A DNA stretch of 64,000 bases from an uncultured Verrucomicrobiae bacterium (lineage in GTDB: Bacteria; Verrucomicrobiota; Verrucomicrobiia; Chthoniobacterales; UBA10450), in the NCBI GenBank assembly GCA_963815455.1, contig CAWFGO010000001.1, forward strand, positions 832,001 to 896,000, written 5' to 3'. The stretch's first letter is position 1, and each line of letters opens with the position of its first letter. This document shows positions 41,097 through 51,815 of this stretch, one piece after another. Made by a program: the position numbers and the translations under genes. Below the pieces are notes generated by a model, which was not told where the DNA came from, searched no databases, and was given only the letters and a program-made list of their open reading frames with translations.

Positions 41097-41762
41097 ATGG
41101 CGGCGGCCGCGTTCGGCCAAACCGCTCAACCCTCCGAGTCGCCAGTCAGTTCGGCGCTTTCCTCGCCGCCCTCCTCGCTTTTCAACCTCGACACCATGCG
41201 AGCGCCGGCCGCGCCGGCCTCGCCAAGCCCGGGCGCGACAGTCATTAATATAATTAGCGCCCCCACAGATTATCAGCTCAGCACCGACGACCAGATCGCC
41301 GTGGAAGTTTTTGGCGAAGACGATCTCCGTACCGGAGCGCGACTTAATGCCGATGGGGCGGTGAGCCTGCCTCTGCTGGGTTCAGTTAAGCTAGCCGGAC
41401 TTACTCTGAATCAGGCTGCCACCCGGCTAACGGAACTTTACGGTCGCGATTATTTGGTAAACCCGAAGGTGAATGTAATGCTGGTCGCGTATGCCAAACG
41501 CCGGTTCACTGTGCTCGGCCAGGTGAATCGCCCTGGGAGCTACGATATGCCGGAGGGAAGCCCGAGCGGAATCGATTTGCTGGAAGCGATTGCGATTGCC
41601 GGAGGCTACACCCGCATCGCCGCCCCGGAGCGAATCAGCGTGAAACGGCGCGATCAAATCGTGCGCGTGGATGCGAAGAAGCTCGCGCGCCGCAGCGGGG
41701 CCGAAGGCAGCTTCCGGGTCGAGCCGGGAGATACGGTTACCGTTGGCGAAAGTCTCTTTTAA
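41097..41762 (+). CDS. wza: Polysaccharide export protein (short Wza/OPX); start uncertain
   Basis: YQL...D.I.VEVFGE.DL, DG.VSLPLLGSV, YLVNPKV, GQVNRPGSY, GDTV.V.ES.F. Confidence 0.88.
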   Translation: MAAAAFGQTAQPSESPVSSALSSPPSSLFNLDTMRAPAAPASPSPGATVINIISAPTDYQLSTDDQIAVEVFGEDDLRTGARLNADGAVSLPLLGSVKLAGLTLNQAATRLTELYGRDYLVNPKVNVMLVAYAKRRFTVLGQVNRPGSYDMPEGSPSGIDLLEAIAIAGGYTRIAAPERISVKRRDQIVRVDAKKLARRSGAEGSFRVEPGDTVTVGESLF

Positions 41763-41770
41763 TTCTCGTT

Positions 41771-44251
41771 ATGCCGTTACCCGCTTCCCCCACTCAACTC
41801 CCAGCGTCGCCGCCGCCGCCGCGAGCTCCAACTGCGCCGGCGCCACCAGCGCCAATTTCTTTCGAAGTCCCCATGGAAACGTCGCGTGGAATCGACTTTC
41901 GCCATCTTTGGCACACGCTGATCGAGCGGATTTGGATCGTGGCGATCTGCACGCTGGCCGGGATCGTTCTTGCCTTGGGGTACCTGGCGCGAACCCCGAA
42001 ACTTTATCAGGGCCACATCGTGCTGGAAGTCGAGTTTGCCGAACCATCAATGGTGGCCAGCGAGGATTCGAGCAGCCGCATTCGGTCGATGTTTCTGGCC
42101 AGCCAGGAAGCTCTGCGCACAATCGAGCAAAATCTTGTCAATCGCAGTTTGCTCGCTCGAGTGATTCGCGCTGAAAATCTAGCTGAAGACGGCGGGGCCA
42201 TGTTATTGGGCCGCGGCAAAGGCGCGCCGGCAATGCCGAAAGGATCGCCTTCCTCGAATCCAAAGCGGGAAATTTCGTCCCTCACCGAACACGAGCCAGT
42301 CTTTACGCCTACCGAAGAAGCGCTGGCCGGGGCTCTTTCCACGATGGTCAAGCCAGTGATCCGCCGCGGTACTCGTCTGATCGATCTCTATGTCACTAAT
42401 CCCGATCCGGCATTGGCCCATCGGCTGGCGGAAGCCGTTGGTCGCGAATACATCCGCAATTCGATCGAGCGACGCGCATCATTTACCCAGGACACTCTGC
42501 GCTTCCTGCTCGAGGAAGAAGAACGCCTGAAGGCAAACTTGCAAAAGAGTGAGGCTGCGGTTGCGGAATACAAAGAGCGAACGCCCGACGCGCTCCAACT
42601 TGGTGGAGGGGCGGCCGCAACCGGCTCTCAAGCCGGCGCCGGGGGTGGCCGGGGCGGTTTGGTCGAAGACAAACTCCAGGAGCTGAGCACCAAATTGATG
42701 ACCGCCAAAACCGATCGCCTTCGCCTCGAAGGCGAACTAGGGCAGGTGGAGGAAGCTGGCGACAACGTCAAAGCGCTTCTGGCCGCTCCGACCGTGGCAA
42801 ACGCTCCCGTGGTGGCCGAACGGCGCCGCGAACTAAGCCAGATCGAATCCGCCATGGCGACGCTCTCCCAGCGTTACAAGGAAAAACACCCCAAAATGAT
42901 TGCCGCGAAAGCTGCTTTAGCCGAGACCCAAAGCGCCCTGCGCCGTGCCGTCCTCGATCAGCCTTCCGTTTTGCGCAACGCACTCGAGCAGGCGCGCCTG
43001 GCGGAGAAAAATCTCGAAACCGCAGCGCAAGAGCAGGAGAAAGCCGCGCTCGCACTCAACAAGGCCGCGATCGGTTATCAGGAATTGGCCCGACAGGCCG
43101 AAACCGACCGCGCCCTTTACGAAAGCGTCCTGCGCCAGATCAAGCAGACCGATCTTACCAAGGGCGTAAAAGCAAATGCGGTAAGCGTAGTCGAACATTC
43201 TCAGATTCCTCGCATCCCGGTCAGTCCAAACGTGAAGAAATCGGTGGCGCTCGGTTTGCTAGGCGGGCTCGCTGCCGGTCTGGCGATTATTTTCGGACTC
43301 AATGCGCTCGATCGTTCTTTGAAAACGGTCGATCAAACTGAAACCGCACTCGGTCTTCCTGTTTTGGCTGCGGTTCCCGAAGTAAAAATGGGCGAGGCCT
43401 CATTGCGACCCCCAGATGAGGCCGGGCCGCCCGGCACTGCCAGTTATCGCTTGATGGCGGAGGCGCCGGAGGGCCCGGCCGCCGAAGCCTTCCGCAATCT
43501 ACGGGCCTCCCTCTCTCTTCTCGGCCCCGAAGCCGAGCGAAAAGTTTTCATGTTCACCAGTGCTTTGCCCGGTGAAGGAAAAAGTTTTACCAGCGCCAAT
43601 TACGCGCTCGCTCTGGCCCAGCAAGGGCACCGCGTTCTTTTGATCGACGGCGATTTGCGACGCCCGAGTCTTCACAAGATTTTCATCCGGCCGTCGCCCG
43701 GCGAAGGCGCGCATGCCGATTTCGATGTCGATGTTGCCGGCATCGTCGACTATTTGATCGGTGAAGTTACTCTCGAGGAAGCAATCCATCCCGTCGCTGC
43801 CCGCGATGTGGACGTTCTCGGGACAGCCCCCGCTGACGAACGCACCGTGACTGCGACCGGCGGGGAGTTGTCCGTCCTTACCGGCGGTCGCCGCGCGCCA
43901 AACCCCGCCGAGTTGCTCAGCGGCAATTCTTTTGGCGAGCTGGTCGCCGAAGCGGCAAAGGCGTTCGATCGCATCGTTATCGACAGCGCTCCGGTCCTGG
44001 CCGTAAGCGATACATTGCTAATGACGCCGTATGCCCAAAGCGTTTGCATGGTCGTGCACGCCAGTAAAACCGCCCGCAACGCCGTGCAACGGGCGATCTC
44101 GCTTCTTGCCGGAACCGGACGACAACCGGCCGGGATCATTCTCAACCGCCTCCCCCGCCGGCGCGGCGCCGGCTATTACTACTACTACGCCTCCCACGGC
44201 TACGGCGCCGGCGAAGGATCGTATTCGGGCGGGTACATCACGGGGGATTAG
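41771..44251 (+). CDS. wzc: Polysaccharide co-polymerase / tyrosine autokinase
   Basis: Two TM segments, coiled coils, EAFRNLR, SALPGEGKS, IDGDLRRP, IDSAPV, C-terminal YYYYY cluster. Confidence 0.93.
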   Translation: MPLPASPTQLPASPPPPRAPTAPAPPAPISFEVPMETSRGIDFRHLWHTLIERIWIVAICTLAGIVLALGYLARTPKLYQGHIVLEVEFAEPSMVASEDSSSRIRSMFLASQEALRTIEQNLVNRSLLARVIRAENLAEDGGAMLLGRGKGAPAMPKGSPSSNPKREISSLTEHEPVFTPTEEALAGALSTMVKPVIRRGTRLIDLYVTNPDPALAHRLAEAVGREYIRNSIERRASFTQDTLRFLLEEEERLKANLQKSEAAVAEYKERTPDALQLGGGAAATGSQAGAGGGRGGLVEDKLQELSTKLMTAKTDRLRLEGELGQVEEAGDNVKALLAAPTVANAPVVAERRRELSQIESAMATLSQRYKEKHPKMIAAKAALAETQSALRRAVLDQPSVLRNALEQARLAEKNLETAAQEQEKAALALNKAAIGYQELARQAETDRALYESVLRQIKQTDLTKGVKANAVSVVEHSQIPRIPVSPNVKKSVALGLLGGLAAGLAIIFGLNALDRSLKTVDQTETALGLPVLAAVPEVKMGEASLRPPDEAGPPGTASYRLMAEAPEGPAAEAFRNLRASLSLLGPEAERKVFMFTSALPGEGKSFTSANYALALAQQGHRVLLIDGDLRRPSLHKIFIRPSPGEGAHADFDVDVAGIVDYLIGEVTLEEAIHPVAARDVDVLGTAPADERTVTATGGELSVLTGGRRAPNPAELLSGNSFGELVAEAAKAFDRIVIDSAPVLAVSDTLLMTPYAQSVCMVVHASKTARNAVQRAISLLAGTGRQPAGIILNRLPRRRGAGYYYYYASHGYGAGEGSYSGGYITGD

Positions 44252-44299
44252 ACGCAGACAACGTCGAAGATCACAACAGACAAATCTGATCGCATTCTG

Positions 44300-44713
44300 T
44301 CAACCACTCCGACGCAACCGCCACAAATCAAAAATGAGATTGATTCCGAGTTTCGCCGCACTGATTACATTGATACTGGTAACGCCACCCCGGCGTCGCA
44401 TAAACCGAATCGGCTCATTAACCCAGCGCACCTTGCTGTTTTGCTTTAATCGGTAAGTCAGCGCCACGTTATGAACCTCGAAGTCTGCCGGGATCTTCGC
44501 AATCGCGGCCGCCAACACAGATCGAGAAATCAGACGATAAGGAACATTGGGATCCACCATGTCGATTCCGCATATTACCATGGAACTCCACCGGCAAATC
44601 TTTGACGTCAGGGCCCGCGCCCAGCCGTCATCCCGTCGCGTCCGGACTCCAAATACACAATCAGCGTTTGTTCTGGATGCCCAGAATTTCTCTAAATCAC
44701 CGGGGTCGCATTG
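44300..44713 (-). pseudogene. C-terminal remnant of a GT2 (DPM-synthase-like) glycosyltransferase
   Basis: QCDPGDLEKFW..FGVRTRRDDGWAR..DPNVPYRL..PIRF..RRGG; N-terminal half including DxD absent. Confidence 0.7.
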
Positions 44714-44753
44714 ACGTGACCGACGGCAGAAACTGAGCCGGGGTTAGCCCGAG

Positions 44754-44817
44754 CGAAAATAGAAAGTAGAATACGTTTTCTACTAGCCTTTCAAAGTCGT
44801 TAGCCTTTCTACTTTCG
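44754..44817. repeat. Inverted pair of TAGAAAG-class heptamer arrays with no enclosed ORF
   Basis: cgaaaatagaaagtagaata ... ttttctac ... ctttctactttcg. Confidence 0.65.
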
Positions 44818-46355
44818 TTACCTCCCTTTGCCGAACAGCATCGTGTGCACCGTTTTCAGAACGATCATGGCATCCAGTTTCAGCGAGTAATGCCGGATAT
44901 AATAGAGATCGGTACCTGAAGTTTCTCGATCGCGTCCTGCTCGCTTTCCCCGTAGGGATAATTGACCTGAGCCCAGCCGGTGATGCCCGGCTTCACCAGG
45001 TGCCGGAAATGATAAAACGGAATCTTCTTTTCGTAGCGCTCGGCGCATTTGATCCATTCCGCGCGGGGCCCGATCAGGCTCATGTCGCCCCGGAACACAT
45101 TCCAGAGCTGCGGTAATTCATCGAGCCGCAGTTTCCGCAGCCACCGCCCCACACGTGTCACGCGTGGATCATCCACTCTCGTGTAGATATCGTCGTTCTC
45201 ATCCGAAGCCAGCATCGACATCGTCCGAAATTTATAGGCGGTAAAAACTTCACTTTCGCGTCCAATGCGAGCTTGCCGAAAAATGACCGGCGAACCACTC
45301 GTTAACCAGACCAGGCAACCCGCCACCAGCATCAAGGGAGCGCTGATAACCAATAGCAGGCCTGAGAGCGCGACATCGCAAAGCCGTTTCAGGTAATGAT
45401 AAGGCGAAATTCGGGCCAGCTGGAAACCCATCTGCAACGGCCAGAACGGATCGATCGTGTGCATCGGCACATGCCGCCAGTTTGCCTCATAAAATGATTC
45501 GAGCGTGTAAACCCGGGTCCGCTGAAACTGGGTGCGCACCAGGCGGTCGATCAATTCCCGGCTGAGCCTGTCCACGCTTTCAGCCAGGATCACCCCGCTG
45601 TAACTCCGATCGAGCTGGGCCAGCCTTTCCGCCACTCCGCCCTGAATAATGGGGGAACCATCACCCGCGATTGTCGATCCAACCCGAGTCGGATCGTCAT
45701 CCATAAACTCGAGGCGCTGCTGGTTAGGCGATTGTTTGTAAACCTCGTAGAAGCGCTCGGCCAGCTCGCCGCTGCCAATTACCAGAAAAGCCCGTTGCGC
45801 AGTGGAAGCGGCAATTTTTTGCCGGAAAAAGCGCCGATAAAGTAGTGAAATTGGGAGAAAGATCACGAAGCCAAGCAACAACACACCGCGGCTCGGTTTC
45901 ATCGTCGCATCGAATGCCGCCGCCGAATAAAGCAGAAACGAGCTCACCCCTGCAGCCACGATAATCGCCAGGATATGCTCGGTCGTATAAGTCAGGCCGC
46001 GCATCTCCGTATTCCGACTGTAACCGCCGACGATATAAAGCGCCTGGACCAGCACGCCCACGGTAATGAGATCGACCAGAACGAACTCAAACGGACTAAC
46101 AAAGAATGCATCCCGCCGAATAAAGCCGATGAAACCATAGAGAGTGATCCAGCACACGATATCGCACATCAACAAAAGCAACGCCGCAGTCCATTCGTGG
46201 CCACGGCCCCGGGAAAATGCGCCCCGCGCCTTCTCGCCGTGCCCTGTCGTCTCAGGCGCCGGTTCCTGCCAAACCGGCGGCTCGATGAGTTCGTCGGGCA
46301 ACGTCTCTGATCGGGATGGGGTTGGCGATCGTCGAGCAAACATAAACCAAGCCAC
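44818..46355 (-). CDS. Priming glycosyltransferase (WcaJ/WbaP family), frameshift near the C-terminus
   Basis: KRLCD, F..YKFRTM, DPRVTRVG..LRK.RLDELPQLWNV.RGDMSLIGPR, KPGITGWAQV, then DLYYIRHYS. Confidence 0.93.
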
Positions 46356-46383
46356 TTGAGAAGCTAGCAGCCAACCTTAACCG

Positions 46384-46399
46384 TGCAGGAAACGTGCCG
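46384..46399 (-). promoter_or_regulatory. Putative sigma-54 promoter of the priming glycosyltransferase
   Basis: Minus strand CGGCACGTTTCCTGCA; GG-N10-GC with GGCACG and TGCA. Confidence 0.6.
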
Positions 46400-46513
46400 C
46401 TGGCCGCGCCGCATTTTTGCATGGCTACATTATGATAACTCCTAGAATTGTCAGGTGGATTTGACGGTAGCCACGGTCAAGGCCCGATTGTAAATTTCTT
46501 AACCTCCGATCAT

Positions 46514-48324
46514 CTAGCTAGAGATGTCGATCGCATTTGCAGTGATAAAGTTTTCCAAAGCAAACAGGCACCACCGACGATACCAGTTTCTCAATGGAAT
46601 CGGGCTTTCCGCTTCGATCCGACTGAAAATGTCCTGCCATTCTCCCGTTATCCAATCCTTAAACGGAAAGACAAAGCCCTGCTTGGGCCGCTCGCGCACC
46701 CAATCCGGAATCTCTGGCACAGCGTCGAGCAATATCCGTTTGCTGGAAGAGAGTCGAAGATCTGCCGGGATCGGCTCGATCGCCTCCATTAACCGCGTAT
46801 CAACATACGGAACGCGAAGTTCGAGGCTCCACGCCATGCTCATCACATCACTATCGCGCAAAAGTTGATTACGCATGTACCGGGTCAGCTCAAGATAACT
46901 CACTTCATCCGCCAGGGTCGGCTGCGGCGGTACATGAAAGCCGACCTCAGGCGAAAATCCATTTCCAAGCGGATTACAAAAGCGCGCTAGCAGCAGCTTT
47001 ACTTCGGCCGGGGTAAAGATTCCACGCATCGCCCAGTATGCCGCGGCCATAGTCGGTGGCTCGGTCAAAAAATGGCCGAGCCTGTTGGTGCGGGAGCCGG
47101 TAAATCGCATTTGCAGGCTCTTTCCCGCGGCCCGCCGGAGCGCCCACAACGGATTGAGCGCTCTGCTGGCGGTCACCATGCGCGGCACTAGTTCGAATGA
47201 TTGGTACCCGCCGAAGATTTCATCCCCGCCCAAACCGGATAGGACAACCTTCAATTCGTGATCGTGCGCCAGCTTCGAAACACAAAATGTGTTGAAGCCG
47301 TCGATACTGGGCTGATCGGAATGCTCCAGAAAATCCGCGAGCAATCGCTTCGCAGTATTAGAGTCGAGTCTCCAGTCCGCGTGCTGGGTTCGAAAATGGC
47401 TTGCGGTTCGAGTGGCCGCATGCCCCTCATCGAATCGTGGATCATCAAAAGAAATACAGAAGGTTCGCAGATCGCTTTTTGCCAACTGTGAGGCCACCGC
47501 AACGATCGCAGTCGAATCCACTCCGCCACTGAGAAAGACGCCGACCGGGACATCACTGACTAGATGGCGTTCGACAGATTCAAATAAGGCGCGACGCACC
47601 CGGGCAACCGCGTCCCCGCGAGGCAGCGGTTCATCGCCAAACTGGACGTCCCAAAACTTCGTCCGTTTGGTCCTGCCGTCCCGCCAAACGAGCCAGTGCC
47701 CCGCCGGCAGCGCAAAAACATTTTCGACCAGCGTAAGCGGTTCCGGCACGGCGCCAAAGAGCAGGTAACCGGCGGTCGCCTCAGCCGACAACTGCCGCGG
47801 GACCAGTCCGGTCTGCAGCAACGCCCGCACCTCGGACGAGAACAGCAGATGTCCGTTACACTCGTGATAATAAAGTTGTTTGATGCCAAGCGGCCCGCGC
47901 GCGAGAAAACAGGACTGGTCCTGCTCATCCCAAATGGCAATGGCAAACATGCCTTCGAATTCGCGCACGCAGTCCGGCCCGTAGCGCACAAACATTTTCA
48001 GAACTACTTCCGTGTCGGAGCGCGAACTGAACACTTCGCCTTCCGCTTCCAATTCTGCGCGCAGCGCCGCAAAGTTATAGATCTCGCCGTTATAGGTGAT
48101 GTGGAATCGGCCGTCCGGTGTTGACATTGGCTGATGGCCCGCAGTCGGTAAGATCCAAAATCGCGAGCCGGGTGTTGACTAACCCGCTGTGGCCATTGCC
48201 GGAGATAAACATTCCGCCGATCGTCCGGTCCGCGGTGGTGCAAGTCCCGTTGCAATTGTAGCAATATCTTCTCGAGCTCATCTCGGGAAACCTTGGCATT
48301 AATTATTCCGGCGATGCCGCACAT
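46514..48324 (-). CDS. asnB: Asparagine synthase-family amidotransferase (EPS-associated), frameshifted
   Basis: MCGIAG, HRGPD, TRLAILDL, NGEIYN, FLSGGVDS, LSGLGGDEIFGGY, LLRDSD.MSMA.SLE.RVP. Confidence 0.92.
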
Positions 48325-48325
48325 A

Positions 48326-49466
48326 TTAAGATTTTGAATTACCGAATCGTTCTACAATTTGGCGCATCCGTTCGGCAAATTTTTCATATCCATACGCTTC
48401 GAAGACTTCGCGCCGCAATGCTTCCGGCTGAAAAAGAATCTTTGCCGGATGTTGCCGTGTAGAGAATTTGAACGAGCGCGGTGGATATTTCTTCAACGCT
48501 GTCCGGGATCGACCAACAGGCCAAGTTTTCCGTTCAAGCACGGCATCGACCGAGCCATCTTTGTTTCCGGCAACGACCGGTTTGCCACAGGCGAGAGCCT
48601 CCAAGAATACAATACCAAAGCCCTCGCCTTTGCTCGGCATGGCGAAGACATCACACAAATTATAATGCGCCGAGAGTTCATGATCCGGAATGTATCCGGC
48701 CAGAGTCACATATTCCGTTAGGCCGAGCTCACGGATTAACGTGATCACACGCGCGCGGTCCGGCCCCCGTCCACCAAGAACATATCGCGCGGTTGGGAAA
48801 CGCTCACGCACCACAGCAAACGCACGCAACACTTGATCGTACCCCTTGTAACGCTCCGCACTTGCCAGTCGCCCGATTGTCAGGATAACAGGCTGATCAG
48901 GCCGCAAACCGTAACGCTTGAGCAGGAATCGCGGCTTCGTCTCGGGCAAAAACTTTTCTGGGTCGAACGTATTCGGGAGCACTGCTATTTCGGTCCGCGC
49001 AGACTCCAATCGCAGTCGCCATCCGTTGCCGCGTGCACTCACTCACCGCCAGGAGTTGATTAGCCGCGACCAAAGCGCGCTTCACTGGTTCACTCTGGAT
49101 TTCCCACACTTCGACACCATGGCCGATGGCAAGAAATGGAATCTTGAGCAATTTCTGCAACCAGCCCGCGACCGGGGCGAAATTTACGTGAGTCGTAATG
49201 ATCAAATCGGGACGCTCGCGCCAAGCGCATAGTAACAACTTGAGCGTAAATGCCGCCGTGCGTTGCGACGGACTCCACCAGCCCAGGGGCGAAACTTCTG
49301 TGGCTGGCTCATCATCGAGATCGGCCGCGGAGGTGTCGTTCTTCGCGAAAACATGCAATCTGACGTTTGGCAGGCAATCCCTCAACGCGCGCACAACAAA
49401 CCGCGATAGCGTCTGGATCCCGCCGATTCCGGATTCGTAGTCAGGAACCCAGACGTGTACCGTCAT
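48326..49466 (-). CDS. GT4 glycosyltransferase, frameshifted
   Basis: GGIQ, HGVEVW, GRL...ERYKG, EGFGIVFLEALACGKPV. Confidence 0.88.
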
Positions 49467-50264
49467 TTTGCGTATTGGGAGCGATAGCCTCCGGTTTGTG
49501 TCGCTCGGTCAATAATCGGATCGACAATAGCACTTCTGCGATGGTGCGTTGACCAACATAAAACCAACCCGGCCAGCCATCGAGGATCAAGCCACGGGCA
49601 AAAAGCAGATACAAAAACATCACCGGCGGTCCAAAGAACAATCCATCGACGCAACCGATCCTGGAAATTCAGTTGGCTGGAAGATATCGCAAGCAAATGT
49701 CGAGCTTCGATTTTTGCATACGAGTTCTGCGCAGCGATCCAAAGCCGGAAGGACTTGCGATCATCATGATAGATCTTGCCCACCAAGCGACTGGATAATG
49801 CCGTCGGTCCATGACACGGTGAGTGTGCCCGTCATCGCGATAGTATGCAACATCGATCCCTTCTAAATAGCACTATGCGCGGCGGATAAACAGATGCACG
49901 TAGCGGATGCCCGAAAATTCGATATTCAAATTGGCTCTCAAACCCGACGACTTCCTGGTCCGGCTCTAAAGATTGGATTTCTGGCAATCAGATCGGAAGT
50001 CACCACATAATCCGCGTCGAGTGGATAGCACCCATTCGGTCTTAATTTGTGCTCAATCCGAAATTCCACTGACCGGCAAACGAGTCGAATCCGCGGCTCA
50101 AAATGATAATGCCTGGATGCGCGACCTGGGCTATCTCAGATCATCCGTCAGTGCTGAGGCTATCAACGATCACCACCTCCTGCCCACGACAGCGCGCCCA
50201 GAGTGCGCGCAATATTTTCCTTTTCATTAAAGGTGAGAACCAATGGCGTAACGTCGATCCTCAC
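49463..50264 (-). CDS. GT2 glycosyltransferase, multiply frameshifted
   Basis: TPLVLTFNEKENIARTL, IYHDDRK, RGLILDGWPGWFY..QRT.AE fragments. Confidence 0.75.
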
Positions 50265-50585
50265 AATCGTAGACCGCCTTCGCTGATCTCTGGCCTTTGG
50301 TCCGTGATATCCGAAACTGGCCGATCTCCCGACATCAGCATTGTCATCCAAAAATAGGGAACCCGTCCGGCGCCGCGGAAACACAGATTGATGAACCCGG
50401 TTTCGCGCAAAAGTCGAGAAAGTGTGTTGCGGCTCCAGAATTTTATGTGCCCGCCGTCCCACAGCGGATTGGCGTGTACGTCGTGCTTGTTCAATATCGC
50501 AAGAGCAAGATTTTTTAAGTAGCAATGGTATGGAGTCGAACAAACAAATCGTCCACGCGGCCTAACCGCGTGATAACAGCCAGCG
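50261..50585 (-). pseudogene. C-terminal remnant of a class I SAM methyltransferase
   Basis: RPRGRFVCSTPYHCYLKNLAL..LWDGGHIKFWS..TL..LL.ETGF..GAGRVPYFW; SAM-binding N-terminus absent. Confidence 0.7.
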
Positions 50586-50641
50586 ACATTAACGCAGTGA
50601 GAGAAATCATTGCGAATCGCTGAGCGCGTTGAACTCGACGA

Positions 50642-51815
50642 TCAGTCGTACATTTCTCGCAGTCGGCGGCCGACTGAATCAAACGAGTAACGTTCGGTCA
50701 CCAACCGGCGAGCATTTGTTACGAGACGACCAGCTTCGACAATTTTCTTGTCTTAAAAGCCGGAATATTGCCTTAGCGATTTCCGGAGCATTTAGTTAAA
50801 ACACAACAATGCCGGCATCGCCCATTTGAACATCGCCACTGATAGCCACCCCTTCACTTACAATTGTTGGCACTCCTGCAGAAAGAGCTTCGGCGGCGGC
50901 TACGCCAAAATTTTCGGAAGAAGAAGGCAAAACAAAAACGTCGGCCGCACCAAACGCTCCGGATTTACATGCGCCAGTAATGTGACCGGCCCAAACAACG
51001 GAATCCGCAATTCCCAGTTGATCTGCGCGACGACGCAAGGCGCTGACATAGTTCGAATCGCCGCCGCCCGCAATTACTAGCACAACGTCTCGGACCATTC
51101 TTTGCACGTCGGAAAATGCGGCGAGCAGCAGTTCAAGACCTTTTTTCCGATCGATCCGCGAGAGGAATAGTACTATGCGACGTCCGGCAATCTGCGGATA
51201 ATGTTTCAGAAAATCATCCGGGGCACCTCGCAGGTCTTCGATCGGCGGCGGAATAACGACGGATCGTTGCTCGATAATGAAGCGGCTAATCGCATTCGCT
51301 TCCAGTCTTTCGGCCTCGGATGTGAAATGAAGCGCCGCGGCGTTGCGCAGGATTGGCAACTCGATTAACCGAAGCGAGACTCGTTTGGCCAGCGACCGCC
51401 GATTCTCAAGTCCCCACCGATTTAATACTCCCAGAGGGCGGACGATGTACGGCACGCGACGCCGGCGCGCGGCGCGCGCTGCTTGGGTGCTGCTAAATGA
51501 AAAGAGTGCGTGAATATGAACAAGGTCGAACTGTCCGATGTTCTGATTGAGCCAGCGCCCCAATCCGAACGATACCTTATACGGAAGGAAATTACGACGG
51601 AAGTAGAACACGTTTGCTCCGTTCTGCTGCAGGGGTTTGCCCAGGGGAATCTCGAGGTGCGCGTCGTTCCCATCGTCATCGGTCGTCGCGATCGTAACAT
51701 CAACATCAACATCGGCGAGCGCTCGTGCGATTGCGCGTATGGCAAAGCTCGGTCCGCCATGCTTTAAAGAAAGCGACGGGATGACATGCAGCGCGCGAAT
51801 GCGTCGATCATCCAT
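50642..51815 (-). CDS. GT4 glycosyltransferase; C-terminus interrupted after 50796
   Basis: LHVIPS...GGP, LFLSRI..KKG, ENFGVAAAEALSAGVP; ARRLVTERYS..MYD* continues in another frame. Confidence 0.85.

Noticed and set aside
50555..50640. Integron attC-like site (gcctaac...)
   Set aside because: It lies within the methyltransferase remnant's coding frame. No matching core site or inner repeats, and no integrase.
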